Source of the DNA: Cycas panzhihuaensis
Taxonomy: Eukaryota; Plantae; Cycadophyta
DNA length: 64,000 nt
Assembly: GCA_023213395.1 (NCBI GenBank)
Contig: CM041465.1
Span: 71,307,741-71,371,740, forward strand
Direction: 5' to 3'
Below the pieces are notes generated by a model. It was not told the DNA's origin. It made no database searches and was given only the letters and a program-made list of their open reading frames with translations. Numbering within the stretch: position 1 is the stretch's first letter; each line of letters starts with the position of its first letter. A program made the translations under genes and the position numbers. Positions 1-13,462 of the stretch are shown here, piece after piece.

Positions 1-1953
1 AAGCATTAGTACAATGCTTTAACAACATCTACGGGGGTGGTTCCTACTTGTTTGTATGAGGCGGAAGGATACTCATGCGAAGTAGACCCCATGGGTCAAT
101 CCTCATGGGTGGTCTCACCGAGGTGGTGGAACCCCATGGAAGACAACACACCCATATCATACATAGGGAGATGATGGAAATCTGAGTGTTCTTGGTCACC
201 TAGATAGAAAATAGGGTCATTACCCTCTTGGGTGGGGCCTTAAAATGAGGTTGAGGCTTGTGGTTAGGTCTCAGAAATGTATACAAGATATGCCCATTCT
301 GAGGGATATCCTTCCATGGCTGGTTTGAAATTGGACAAAGGAAGAGAGGAATAAGGAGATTCTTCCAAAGCGGGAGGGAGACCTTGTAGATGACGAGAAA
401 ATCATCTCATTCAAGCTCCATCCAAAACTTTCGAAGAGATAAGGATGAAAAGCAAGGAAAATATGTTGGGGGTTTCCCAATAAATCTATAAGGAATGAAC
501 CAAAGGAGAAGGGCAATGGTAACATAAGGGAAGTCAGAATGTTCCCTTACTAGTGGGTCCCCAATATGGTTGCTAGTGGAAGAGCGTCTCGAGGGGGTCA
601 CTAAGAGTAAGGATGCCTAAGCCAATACTACAACTATACCAGGGGCTTAAGGGTCTCAAATGAGATGATAGGTCACCCTCAGAAGGTGTCTGCACGTCGA
701 AACGTAGGTTTGGGGACCCACGAATAACACTTAAGACCTTCTCTTTAGGCAAAGACCTTCTAGGATCTGGATTAGGCAAGGGCATCCTTGATTTACCGAG
801 TAGCCTAAAGGAGAGCTCTCATATCCTAATGGTGAAAGGAAGGAGAGAAAATGCCCTCTTCCTGAGAAGAGGCGAGGGAAAAAGGATGGTTCCTTACAAA
901 GTAGGAACCTAAAAGCAAGGAAAAGAAGTAGTTGGTGGAGAAGTAAAAGAAGACTTGGTGTGCATAGGGACCAAATCCAAAAGATAAGATTATTAGGAGA
1001 TTGTGTTCAGGGCTACCTAAAGAGTGTGCCTTTACGGTTTGAGCTAAATGTAAGGTTTGCTCAACTATAATAAGAGTTTAGATTGTATCCTTTATTCTGG
1101 TTATAGGGATGGAGTGGAAAAAAGACCAAGGTGTTGGTTTTAAAGAAAGAATATAAATAAATAATAAGACTCTCTCTCCTAACCTCACTCTCTTTTCCTT
1201 TATCAAAAGATGAATGATTTAAAGGAGGGGGGTAAAGGAGAGAGACATGAATGATTTATGTAAGCTTTTTCCTTTCGATGCAAAGAGAAGATACTTTCAA
1301 TCGAATCACACTTTCTTGACTCTCCCGTTGCGCACCTACATGCATGTGGGATGCAAAGAGACAACAGCAAAGAAGGGAAAATTCTTGGGTTGGTTTACTC
1401 TCTTCTTTCCTAGGAAGGAAAAAGAATGTACCTATTCACACCACTTTCCTATGTTCATGTAAACAAGGGAGACATGGAATGCTTTTGCGATCTCCACGCG
1501 AAAGGGGAGAAACAATAGATAAGAATGCAAGTGTGTGCATATTCTTCTTATGTTTCCTTTTATGAGTGTAAAGAATGTAAATGGTAGGCTACAATCCTCA
1601 TGTAAGTGATAAGCAAATCCCAAGGAAGACAAAAGGAGGGAGAGAGAGATAGAGTTGTAGGGCATGCACCAAGAAGTATGTCAGTTGGTGAGGTGACGTA
1701 CTCCTTTTCCCACTTCTTCCCTTGTTTGTAGCTTCGCACTCTAAGTCATGATGGGTGACATGGATGAAGCTATGTGAGAGGCTCCCTTACCTTCCCCAAA
1801 AGTATTTGTACAACAAGAAGCTTGAAAAGAAAGCCAAAGGAAAATAAATACCCAAAAGAAGAGGCATACCCCTTTATGGTGACGTGATCTTGCTTGCTTG
1901 GGAGGAGCCTTGCCTTTTGTCCAAGTGAAACCTTTTAACAACCAACAAGTGCA

Positions 1954-2003
<50 letters not shown>

Positions 2004-3551
2004 TATAGATATATATAATGGTGTGTGTATGTGCCTTACCAAAGTGGAGACAAAATTTACTTTATATCCCAAAAGAAAGAAAGAAAATAATATATGTTTT
2101 CTCCTTCATACATAATAATGTCTCATAAAAGATCTATGGGAAAAAGGGGGATTTAAGGGTGAAGGAGGAGGTAGCCTCAAAATGGCTAGCTCTCATAAGT
2201 GAATCACCTCCTATATGCTCGGTGCTGCATAGATAGATTAGATCGAAAATCAAGAGCTTCAAGCAACTTAGAATCCAAACCTTACGAGAAATAGCAAATC
2301 TCACAAATGTCACAAATGTTGTAAATGTTGTTACTTTTACAAAATGTGCAAAGAAAATGTAAATACTATGAAAAGGAAGGTAAGTGATGGAGATTGTTAT
2401 CAAACAAGAGATGTACCAGTTGAATGCAAGCATTGCAAGTGTTGTAAACACTACAATCAAGAGTGAGGCCCACACCCAAGAGGATACCATAGCTTGTAGA
2501 GCATATATAGTGTAAGAAACCTTGAGAAGTAGGGGGTTTCCTTTGAGGATGTGGCGTTAAAAGTCAAAACTCTAGTCATTTTCTCCTCTTTCCATTCTCA
2601 TAGGTGTCCTAAATCCATCTAATTGTTAGCCAACGGGGACCTAAGGGGTTTGAGGATGAGAACCAACAAAGAAAGGGAGGTTTTACCTCCCTTTAGCTAT
2701 CAAAAGTGGAGCAAAAGTATGTGCCAAAGTATATAATAAGAGATGCAGCTAATGAAATAAACTTGTTGAAGAAAGAGCAGTAGAAAAAACCTATGTTCAG
2801 TCACAAAAATTAGACAAAACAAAGTGTTACCTCATAAACCAAGCATAGAGAGTTGGGAGCCTTGCTTCTTGGGTGAAGAAAGGCTTATTTAGAGGAGAAG
2901 AAAGACCTTGAAGCATTGAGATCTCATTGTTGTTGCTTAGCTGAGCTCAAGAGAAGAGAAACTTGTTAAGAAAGATCTAATTTAGACCTACGAATTAGTG
3001 TTTTTGCCCTTGCAGAACCTGAAGCATGAGAAGGAGATTGAAAGTAGGAGAAGAGAGGTGTTCTTTATTTTTGAGAGAGCCTAAATGAACTTAAAATTAG
3101 GTTTTTATGTCCCAATTAGGGTTTTCAAGTGATTAGGGTTTGATCTTGGCAGAAAAGAGTGCTCTACCATGTGTCAATTTTGTAATAAATGCAAAACTAG
3201 CCATTATCTGGCCGTGAAAGTCTATGGATAGTCACCCCACGGCAAACTTCATGGTACCGTGATTATTGACATAATTCCATGAATATTGTTGCAATGTGAG
3301 AGAAACATAAGAAAAAATAAAAAGAAAACCTAAGAAATCCCCAAAAGATCAGTCCCAAGGTGCAAGAGTAGGGTTCATTGGACTAATAAGGGTCTTAAGG
3401 GTCTATAGGCAACGATGGGTCCTTCCAACTATAGAAAAAGGTGGAAAAACAAGCCCCAATGAGGGTGCAAAAGCATACAAATAGGTGAATAAACCAAAAG
3501 GGTACTTTAGGGACTATATGGGAGACCAAAAGTGGGTCAATAATGAGCTAC
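1..3551 (-). mobile_element. Probable LTR (about 1049-3551) and leader/degenerate ORF of an unclassified LTR retrotransposon inserted in the leader of the downstream gypsy; runs off the left edge
   Basis: TGTAAG at 1049 and ...GAGCTAC at 3551 resemble LTR termini; purine-skewed non-coding sequence; broken Pro-rich minus-strand ORFs at 271-785; the downstream gypsy lacks its 5' LTR here. No diagnostic domain seen. Confidence 0.3.
1957..2017. repeat. (TA)n microsatellite
   Basis: Direct reading. Confidence 0.95.
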
Positions 3552-4076
3552 GAGGGCTCGCAAGTACTTGAGAGTGCTAGGAGGTGTCTTTGGAGTTATG
3601 TAGTGCCATAGTACCATGGTCATGAGTCATCATAAGCTAGATCATAGTTACAGGCACAAAGTAGGCAAGCAGACCAGGCATCAAAACATCTTATGTAATG
3701 ATATCATGCTAATGAAACCACAAAGTATCTCAATATATCATAAAGTGAATAGGGCAAAGAGTAGAAATATATACCTGTGCTCACCTGAGAAGTGTTGTCC
3801 ATGCCCATTCCTGGCAGCCAGGAAATACCTAATATACCTTCTTAACATGAATAATATATAACAATAACACCATTAAAAATACAAGTACCAGGTGTAGTAC
3901 AACCTATACATATTAAAATCCCATTTAAGAATCCATTATTTGGGAAGGATAATACTGTAGTAGGCACTCCAAGTACATCTCCAAAGGAGAAGAGTGAGGG
4001 GAAAGAGACCAAATCCAGTCAGGAGGAGAAAGGGGAAGAATCACCACCAGGTGGGACACCATTACAATCTCCCAAG

Positions 4077-5273
4077 ATGGATGATTATAGAGATTTTGGG
4101 AAGTTGATTTTCAATGACACTTTGGATATAGCCGAACACATATACCTCTTTCAGAATCTGATTGACGTGAAGAAGAATACAGACGAGGATGAGATAAAAG
4201 CTAGATTCGCCTATATACTAAGGGAAGTACCATTGGCATTGTACAAAGAAGTAAATAAGAATGATTCGTAGGTGAAAATAAAGAAATTCTTCAAAGAAAG
4301 ATTCCAAAAATTCTAAAGCAATGAAGCAGTGGAAATTGCCCTGAGGGAAATTAAACAAAGGCCAGGAGAGTCAGTGTTAACTTATATCAGCAGAATGAAA
4401 ATTATTGCAGCCAGTATGATTAATGAAATGGTCACTGACCATAATATCAGAAATTATTTTGTTAAGGGATTCAATGAGAAACTGAGAGCCATGATGCATA
4501 CCCATCCATTAAAGTCATTCAAAATTGCTTAAGAGTTAGCATTAGATTTTGAGATGGAGATGGATGCACAGGTTGGAGGACACGACTCCCTCTTATTGAG
4601 ATTGCAAGAAGAAATCAGGGAACTTAAATAGCATCAATATAATCAACCCTTCTGCCAGGTGGGAGTAGCAGAAGAGGAATTGGAACTAGAAGCCCTAAGA
4701 AAGGAAGTGACGAGATTAAAAATAAGAAACAATAGAGAAGAAGAAATGATAAAGAAGAAAGACCATGAAGGCAGAGTGATAAAATGGTGCCATATCTGTG
4801 AGGAAAAATCACATATGACTAAAGAATGTGAACTTAACCCTAAGAATAACACATTGCACCAAAAGGATAAATGGTGCCACATATGCGATGTAGATACGCA
4901 TATGACAAAAGACTGTTTCTACAACCCAAGAGGAAAATCATACAGAGGATGAGGTAGGGGAAGAGGAGGCAACCCACCTCGGAACGTTTATACAATGAGG
5001 GATACATAGGAGCCCTCGAGGAAGAAACAACCAATGGGGAGATGCCTCATTTATTTACAATTTAAGCACTGGAAATCTGACTACCTAACCAAACGAGAGT
5101 ACGAACAAAAATTATGCATATATAATAACTGCGGACCAAGTGAACATAAGACAGAGGACTGTAAGGGGAAACCTAAAGCCACTAACTTAATGATGACTAT
5201 ACCAGAAAGCAAAAACGTAAAACTCCAAAACAAACAAAAAGAGAAAGAAAATGGAGGATATCTAAATCCCTAG
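4077..5273 (+). pseudogene. gag: gag (capsid MHR-like IKQRPGESVLTY plus four CCHC zinc knuckles), in-frame stops
   Basis: ORFs 4077, 4329, 4659 and 5034 are in one frame; CHICEEKSHMTKEC, CHICDVDTHMTKDC and two degenerate knuckles. Confidence 0.85.
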
Positions 5274-5629
5274 ACAGAAATAAACCAGTTTAAACAAGCA
5301 AAACAAGTGTTAGAAGGCTTAGTTCAAGAAGAAAATGCATTACCAATGGGGAATCCAGAAACCAAATATATGTACATATGAAAAAATAAGCAAAAAGAGA
5401 AAGAAAATGTACCAGAAGAACCAAAGGTACAACCTTAAATAGTATAGATAAAAGAATTATTCAAAGGATTACCAACTGAGGACATTCCAAGAATGTTGTT
5501 GCTAAAGGAGAACTTAGTAAAACAACTACAATTAACTATTCCCCTATGCTAAGTAATTGATTGGATCAAAGGAGGGATATTACAATGCGGAATTACGAAA
5601 AGCCTAAAGAAAGTGATGTCATCATTTGA

Positions 5630-8600
5630 CATAGATCCTATGGCGATAATGGTGGTATTAGGAGAAACATTCCCAAAAGTGATTGTTGATGGAGGCGCAG
5701 CCATCAACATATTACCTGCTTCGACATGATGAAAATCAGGAAGCCCAAAATTAGAAGCAACAACATATTCATTGAAGTTGGCCAACGAATTATTAGTGCG
5801 ACCTGTGGGAAGATTAGCTGACATCAAAGTGGATGTGGAAGGAATTACAGTAAAGATTGACTTTACCATTGTAGAAACAAAAAAAGGGACAACACCCTAT
5901 CCAACATTATCAGGGAGGCCTTAGCTATACCAGACCCAGTGCCTCCAAAACTAGAAGAATGTGACCTTCACCTTATCAGATAATAGGAATAAAATGGTAT
6001 TACCAATGTTAGGAAGAAGCTCCATTGAGATGATACCAGATGAGGGATCCAGTATAACGGTCGTAAGTGAAACAACAGCCTCTTCCCTCGATGAAGAGAA
6101 TCTTTATCATATTGTTGAGGAACCCACTAAATCAATTGATCACCATGAAGAAGAACTGACATATTTTGAAGAAATATACAACTCTTCAAACGACGAAAAT
6201 GGAATGAGATTTGTGGACTATTGGTTACAAGATGCCTATGAAGTAAATTCTTCCTCTTATAGATGTAATTTATTGTCTAAATATGTAGCTGAGAACATTA
6301 ATGATAATTTAGATTCTTTTAAATATATAATGATTAATGATAGTTCAATGGATAACACCAAACTAGACCAAAAACCCCCTAGTATACCTAGTATTTTTCA
6401 TAGTTTTATAGTAGCTAATAGTAACCCTGACCTCCCTTCTACCTTAGGCGTGGGTCCTAAGGTAGATTCCCTATCCCCCCTGTTATTACAACCCACAGAA
6501 GGAAGTAACATTCCTTCCTCCTCTTCCTTAGAAGTATACCCACCTAGCAACCAGTCCCTTCCAATGATTGGTGCCAAACCCAGGGAAATAGAAGGAGAAT
6601 CACTGGTAAATACTTCTAGAGACTCTGGTCTAGACAGTAGAATAATTATCCCAAAAGAAACAAATTATGAAACTTATATTAGAAATCACATTAAGCCTTT
6701 CTATGGAGAACAATTATATGGAATTACTCATCCAACCCACTATATTGAATACTGGATGGAATACGAGAATTGGGATAAAAACCAATGGCAACAAGACCTA
6801 GTACTTACCTTATGGGGAACGGCTTAGTATTAGTACCTAGCCCACCAAACAATTCTCAAAAATTGGAAGGAGTTAGAAACAACGTTTCAAATTCGATTCG
6901 ACCATCCAAAATATTGGGACATTCTGTTATTCCATGTAGGTCAAAACCCTAGTGAACATATATAGAAGTATAAATAGAAATGGATATCCCTAAGTATATC
7001 CAAAAAGATCTGGACCAACTACTTCTACCACACCCTAAGATGGGTAGCAAAGGATTGGTTCCTAGGAAAGGAACAAAGTCTGGATATGACTTGGAAAAAC
7101 TTAAAGGAATCCTTTGTAAAAACCTTTATGCTTATTTTAGAAAATAAAAATATAGATAAAATCTTGAAGAATATTAGAAGAATGAGCATAAATTTAGAGC
7201 AAGGAATTATAAATAATAAGGAAGAAGAATCAATATATGGCGAGGAAGAAGAAATTATAAATTATCCAATAAAATTCATGGAAATTAATATTGGAGAAAG
7301 AAAAATAGCAGATACCCCAGGACACAAAACTAGAAATAAGGAAGATGTTGAAGTAACCAAGTTAAAAACTATCAAGATTAATGTCAACGGCAAAGATGAT
7401 CCTAAACTAATACGAATCATAAATTATTGGGATAACTAAACAGTAGTGAAAGCTTAGTAGTTGTTTGAGGAATTCTGTGATGTATTTGCATGGTCATATA
7501 AGGACCTAAAAGGCATTCCCCCCAGAAATAGGAATGCATCATATTGATTTGGTAGAAGACGCAAAACCAGTGAAGCATAGGCCATACCGAATGAATCCCA
7601 AATACAAGGAAAAGGTGAAAGCAGAATTAGATAAAATCTTTGGGAAGTGGATACATCTATGAGATTGACTACAGTGACTAGGTGAGCCCTGTAGTGGTAG
7701 TTCCCAAAAGAAATAGGAAAATACGTGTCTGTGTGCATGACAGACAATTAAACAAAGTAACCAAGAAGGATCCCTTTCTGCTACCATTCACAGAAGACAT
7801 TTTGGAAGCAGTAGGAGGAAACGAAATATACTCCTTCACCGATAGATTTAGTGGGTACAATCAAGTGCAGATTGCCCTAGAAGATCAAGCAAAGACCACA
7901 TTCGTAATAGAATGGAAAACTTATGCTTATAAAATGATGCCATTTGGTCTTACGAATGCACCAGCTATATTCCAGAGAATCGTGATCAATATTTTTTGGA
8001 AATTTATTGGGAAAAAAGTGGTTATATTCTTAGACGATTGGATGCTATACAGATTAATAAAAGATCACGTGGAAAACTTAAGGAAAATATTACAAACATA
8101 CCGAGAAAATAAGTTGTGTTTAAACCTAGAAAAATATACCTTCCTGGTACCCTTTGGAAATCTATTGGGGTACATCGTTAGCAAAGAAGGATTTCTGATA
8201 GATCCAGCCAAGGTATCTGTGATTTTACATTTCCCTATGCCACTTACGAGGAGACAACTGAAAGGTTTCTTGGGATTGACAGGCTATTATAAAAAATTCA
8301 TCAGGGGATATGCATACATATCAGGACCCCTGGAAGAATTGCTAAAAAAGAATATTGAATGGGAATGGATGGAGGAGCAGCAACAAGCTTTTGAAGTATT
8401 AAAATAAGCCATTGTATCAACACCCATACTGCGATTCCCTGATTGAAAGAAAACCTTCCATGTGCACATGGATGCTTCATAATATGCTATTGGATATGTA
8501 TTGGCCCAACCTAGTGACGACAAGATGGATTATCTGATATACTTTGCCAGTCAGAAACTCATGAAGGCCAAACAAAATTATACTATGACAGAGAGGGAAG

Positions 8601-10148
8601 CACTTGGTATGGTATATACGCTGCAAAAATTTCGACACTATTTATTAGCAAATCCATTATTATTTTTTGTGGACCACCAAGCATTGATGTATCTGGTGAA
8701 CATACCAATAATGAGAGGGCAAATCAGCAAATGGTTAATGTTATTCCAAGAATTCTCTTTTAAAATCATCGTGAAACCTAAAAAAGCCCACATTATTCTT
8801 GATCGGCTATCAAGAATCTCAAACTGGGAAAAAGCCACAGGAATACCAGACAACTTTCTAGATGCAGCATTATTCAGCATGGAGGCAGTTCCAACAGACT
8901 AGTGTGAGGGAATACCAGAATACTTAGCGACTAGAGAAGTGCTAGCAGAATTGGATCATACAGAAAGATGGAATTTCGTTAGGAAAGCATAACCATATCA
9001 ATTAATAAACAAAGAATTATACAAACTAGGACTAGATGAAGTGTTACGACATTACGTTTGACCACACGAGATCAACTAGATTATGTTGCAAACGCATGAA
9101 GGAGTAGTGGGTGGACACATGGGCAAATTAGCCACATGGCAGAAAATTTTGATGTCTAGATTCTGGTGGCCATCCATGTTTGAGGACGTCAGAAATAGAT
9201 CCAAGCCTATAATTATTATCAGCAAGTTGGGAAACTTAATCAACAGGATTTCCAACCCCTACATCCCATTTTACCTCTAGCACCATTCAAGAAATGGAGA
9301 CTTGACTTCGTGGGGCTAATTAAACCAGCCACTCGTCGATCGAAAGCCTGATATATTCTGGTGGCAACAGATTATATTTCAAAGTAGGTAGAAGCAAGAG
9401 CCTTACGGAAAGCAGATGCAGAAAGTATAGCCCAATTTCTATACGAAGTGGTTATTACATGATTTGGATGCCCTTTGGAGATTGTAAGCAATTAAGGTGC
9501 CTATTTTCTGAATCAAACCATAGAGACATTGACATCAGCTTTTATGATAAGCCATCGGAAGTCTACCCCATATTACCCAAGGGAAAATAGCCAAGCAAAG
9601 AGTTCGAATAAAATAATTGAAAATGCTTAAGGAAGATATGTGACGTTGGCAGATCCGATTGGGCTGAGAAATTACCATCCATGTTATAGGCATTTAGAAC
9701 AACCTATAAAAGATCAACTGGATAGACTTCATTCCAGCTCATCTACGGAACAGAAGCTATTCTTTCGACAAAATTCAAGATACCAAGTCTACGAATTATT
9801 ATGCAGTGTTGATTAGATGACTTCCAATCCTTACGACAGTGATTGGAAGAATTAGTACGACTAGAAGAGAAATGACATATGGCGAAATGGCTACAAAATA
9901 TAGAAAAGATATGACAAAAAGCATGGCATGATTGACATTTACGTAAACCTCAATTCAAAGAAGGTGATCAAATGTTGTTGTATGACAGCAAGTTCAAGAT
10001 GCACCCTGGCAAACTCAAGATGAGGTGGTTGGGACCTTATATCGTGAAGAAAATCTTTGAGAACGGATTGGTGTAACTTCGGGAAATAGATAGACCATTG
10101 CTACCAACTTGAGTAAATGGTAGTAGGTTGAAACTGTACATCGAATAG
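5630..10148 (+). pseudogene. pol: pol: aspartic protease (about 5630-5950), long insert, RT (about 7460-8400), RNase H (about 8420-8830), integrase (about 9000-10148)
   Basis: IVDGGAAINILP at 5682; FLDDW; DAS.YAIG; HEGVVGGH; LDFVGLI; PGKLKMRWLGPY. Confidence 0.92.
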
Positions 10149-10417
10149 ATTAGCTTACCAGCCAGATCAGCTAGTTGTACTATATTGCATTGCATGAAGT
10201 TGAGGCAAATCGAATTACCTTGATACTGGAATGTGATCCACTTCAGTATGGAAGCAAAAATACAAAAAAAATGAAAAAACAAGAAAAAACAACCATAACT
10301 ACTACTATATACATAAGCAATATGAAGAATCATTAAAAACAAGGATATTATGACTAAAGGAAACAAGAATAAGAAAGAATTTTTTTAAAGAAATTTGAAT
10401 TTTTATATACATACTAG

Positions 10418-10775
10418 CAAAATACACTATACGTACCAAAAAATGTATGTTACTAGGTACACACTATGTAAAATACATTATACACACCAGAAAAGAATGT
10501 TATCTAGTACGCACTGTGTAAAATAAGACAAAATACACTCTGCGTACCAGAAAAAAGTACGTTATCTAGTACGCACTATGTAAAATAGGCTAAAATATAG
10601 TATGTATACTGGAAAAATATGCTATGGGGTACACATAATTAAAAATGGTTAAGTTAAATAGTTCATACTATGCGTACCTGAAAAAGTATGTCATCGCAGT
10701 ACACATAGAACAAAGAGGCGAATAAGACAAAAGTATATACTACGTACTTGCAAGTATTCCCGCACGGTATGCAAC
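10418..10775 (+). repeat. Degenerate tandem array (about 6 units of 50-70 bp), each with a GCGTAC...GTACGC inverted repeat
   Basis: Repeated AAAATACACTATGCGTACCAGAAAA..GTTATCTAGTACGCACT. Confidence 0.8.
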
Positions 10776-10986
10776 AGGAGATCGAGCATAATTCCGTATA
10801 GATTCTCAATAACAAGTAGCCGAGCATAGCCCTTGCAATCCAGGGAGATAAAATGATGAAATTCGACTCAAATCAGCAAGTATACAATCTAGCAAATAGT
10901 AACCATACTAGCAAAGGTATGTACATAGGGTTCGTACCCATAATCCAAGATTATTTCAATTTTCTCTCTGGAATCCCATAGCCAGC

Positions 10987-12072
10987 ATGAAGACAACAGG
11001 TTATCAAGAGACTTTCATACTGATATTAAAGAAGGACCTCAAAGTATTACCCTCTCAATTTTAGGTAAAAATTAAGCAAGCTACTTGGGGAGAGTATATA
11101 TACTATAACCCTATGTACTATGATCCAAAAATTATGGAAAATATTTTAGCAGAATTAAAAAAGGACATGAGAAAGATTAAGCTAGATGCAGAAATAGTAC
11201 ATTTGATAACAGGACTTCCCAATGAAGGGGAAGTACCCATAGCAACCAAATGCTCAGAAGTGGACCGAAAGTTATGGCTAAAAGAGTTCTGCCAAGAACA
11301 CACACAACTAACTTCAGGTGGAATCCGTGTGGCAGATATCAAAGACATCTGATTACAATGGATAGCAAAAGTTATTAATTATAGGTTTTTCTCAAAAAGA
11401 AAATACACATACATTGCAAGGGGAATGATGCCAATATTATTGAAGATTTGTGATGGAGAGAAGATGGATTGATCAGAATTCCTAGTAAAAGACATGCGGC
11501 AGCAAATTCAGGAGATAATGACTCATCCTCTTTGCCACCCTTCACTGTTGCTAGCTATCATATTCTATCAGTGTCCAAATGTACAACTGATGAAAACAAC
11601 CACTTCTCCAAAGGAATCCCTAATTAAAAGGTGGGTGACTGAATTTCCAAATACAACAACAAATCCAAAAGTTAAAAGGAGAGTACAAAAGTAGATGAGT
11701 AAGGTGCTTAAATGGTTGCAACAAACCCCTGGGACACCCATTCCTCATCAAGTTAAGCAAACCATAAGGAAAAATAGTAAAAGAAAGAAGAATGATGAAG
11801 AACCAGCAGAGGCAAAAGAAGTAGAACCTTTACTAGAAGAATGGGAAGATTTTCCACCCATAATGAAAATGGAAGAGACATTAGTACCACCCCCGATAGA
11901 TAATAAATCCAACCAGATCATACAATTAGTTATGGACCTGGAAGAAGGGTATAAGGTAGAAATAGCAGCCCTTCAAGAGAAAATTAAAGAAAAAGATGCA
12001 ATAATTGCCACACTGACCCAAATCAATGAAGAAATTCTGGTTACAAGACAGTGGCAGTAGAAGCAACCTTGA
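10987..12072 (+). pseudogene. Additional 3' ORF of the gypsy element (plant mobile domain / ATHILA-ORF-like, C-terminal coiled coil)
   Basis: ATG 10987 and ORFs 11113, 11494 and 11695 share one frame, separated only by single stops; motif IVHLITGLPNEG. Confidence 0.65.
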
Positions 12073-12156
12073 GATTGGGAGGGGGAGGAGTACCCCAAAT
12101 TTTAAAAATTTTGTTGAGCAAGGATGCTCAAACCCTTCATGTTGGCCAGGGATAGA

Positions 12157-12941
12157 TGTTGGAGCATAATGTGACATGATGGGCTATGGGCAGACCAAAG
12201 AGGAGCCGAATATCCTTGGATTGTACAGGTATAGACCGTACAGAGGTACGTATACAGCAAAAAGTAAAGAATCTAACATTCTGGGTACATATGACATGTG
12301 CGTACCTGGTAAAGGTACACAACACAGATACGTACCTTCTAGCAGAATGCAAGCAAACAGGATCGGTATGCATGAGAAGACTAGACAGAAGGGAGCCTGG
12401 GGTGACGTCAGATGTACGTATATACGTACGTGCAGATGAGTTAAGACAAATAATAAAGGAATCTAACTAATGGTTAGGAAGATGTATGCTTGATGGAAAA
12501 GGTACGGTTATGACAGACAGTTCAAAACTCTTCAGCGAAAAGACACCAAGGAGCGTATTTATGAGGCTTCCCAAGGACCATTCGATTAGGGTGAGAGCCA
12601 AGTATACTGGTACATATTGTTACGGAGACCAGTATGCATGGAAGCGACTGGTATATTTTGATGGGTACCTCGGTATGCATGTGTGAGTTAGTGTATAAAA
12701 TTTGGAATGCACAAGGAATGCATTCCAGCACCTTGTTTAAAAGAACTATTGCTTAATGAAATAAGAAGTTACGTGGAAATTGTGTATTCTCTTTATTAAA
12801 TGTGGAATATGTGCTGATTTCTATACTGTTGTGTGTCATTGTGATATAATCATATGGAAACATTAATGAATCTGTGGAATATATGTGGATGATGATGTTG
12901 ACTGTATCCTACACTAAACTATAACCTGTGTAACCTTGACA
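12157..12941 (+). repeat. 3' LTR of the gypsy element
   Basis: Purine run AGGGATAGA then TGTTGG; ends CCTTGACA, followed abruptly by Copia RT sequence. No second copy available to confirm the ends. Confidence 0.65.
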
Positions 12942-13462
12942 AATGTACCTTCCCACAAGTGTGGTGGGAAATCTAAGTCAATAACCATGCCCTTGGCACT
13001 TACTTTAAACCATAAAAAGATTTCTTTAATGGATACACAACTCTTCTTATCCTCCTCTAATGAACCTAAGAGGTTGTACCATATAAAACTCCTCCTTTAA
13101 TTCGCCATTAAAAAATATGGACTTTATATCTATTTGATATAGCTCCCAACCATATCAAGTGAAAGGATTAACTAAACCATCATCACCTTTGAGATTGATG
13201 CAAACATTTCATCATAATCAATTCTTTCCTTCTATTTGGATCCTTGTGTAATAAGTCAAGCTTTGTATTTTTCTACTTCACCATTAGAGTAGAACTTTGC
13301 CTTGTATACCCACTTGCATCTAACAAAATTCTTTTTTAAAGGTAATAGGATTAAATCTCATGTCTCGTTCTTGATTAGAGAACCATATTCTTCCTTCATT
13401 GCAATTCTCCACTTTAAATTCTCCTTTGCCTCACTATAAGAATCAAGGTCATAAGAATCTAT
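12942..13462 (-). pseudogene. Ty1/copia RT fragment (host of flanking insertions)
   Basis: Minus translation KWRIAMKEEYGSLIKNET*DLILLP..CKWVYKAK..NGEVEKYKA*L..GIDYDEMFA. Confidence 0.85.

Larger units (their letters stand above)
3552..12941 (+). mobile_element. Ty3/gypsy non-chromovirus LTR retrotransposon (Athila/Selgy/Phygy-like), degenerate, 5' LTR not in window
   Basis: Order gag-PR-RT-RH-INT; RT DVFAWSYKDLKGIP and FSGYNQVQIA..DQAKTTF; RH NYTMTEREALGMVYTLQKFRHYLL; no chromodomain or extra archaeal-type RNase H seen; extra 3' ORF and LTR. Confidence 0.9.

Noticed and set aside
10418-10775. Repeat-spacer array as CRISPR
   Set aside because: Eukaryotic retroelement context, degenerate units, related spacers, no cas genes.
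12176-12731. ORFs of 66-94 aa after the accessory ORF
   Set aside because: They lie inside the predicted LTR, overlap in several frames and have no motifs.
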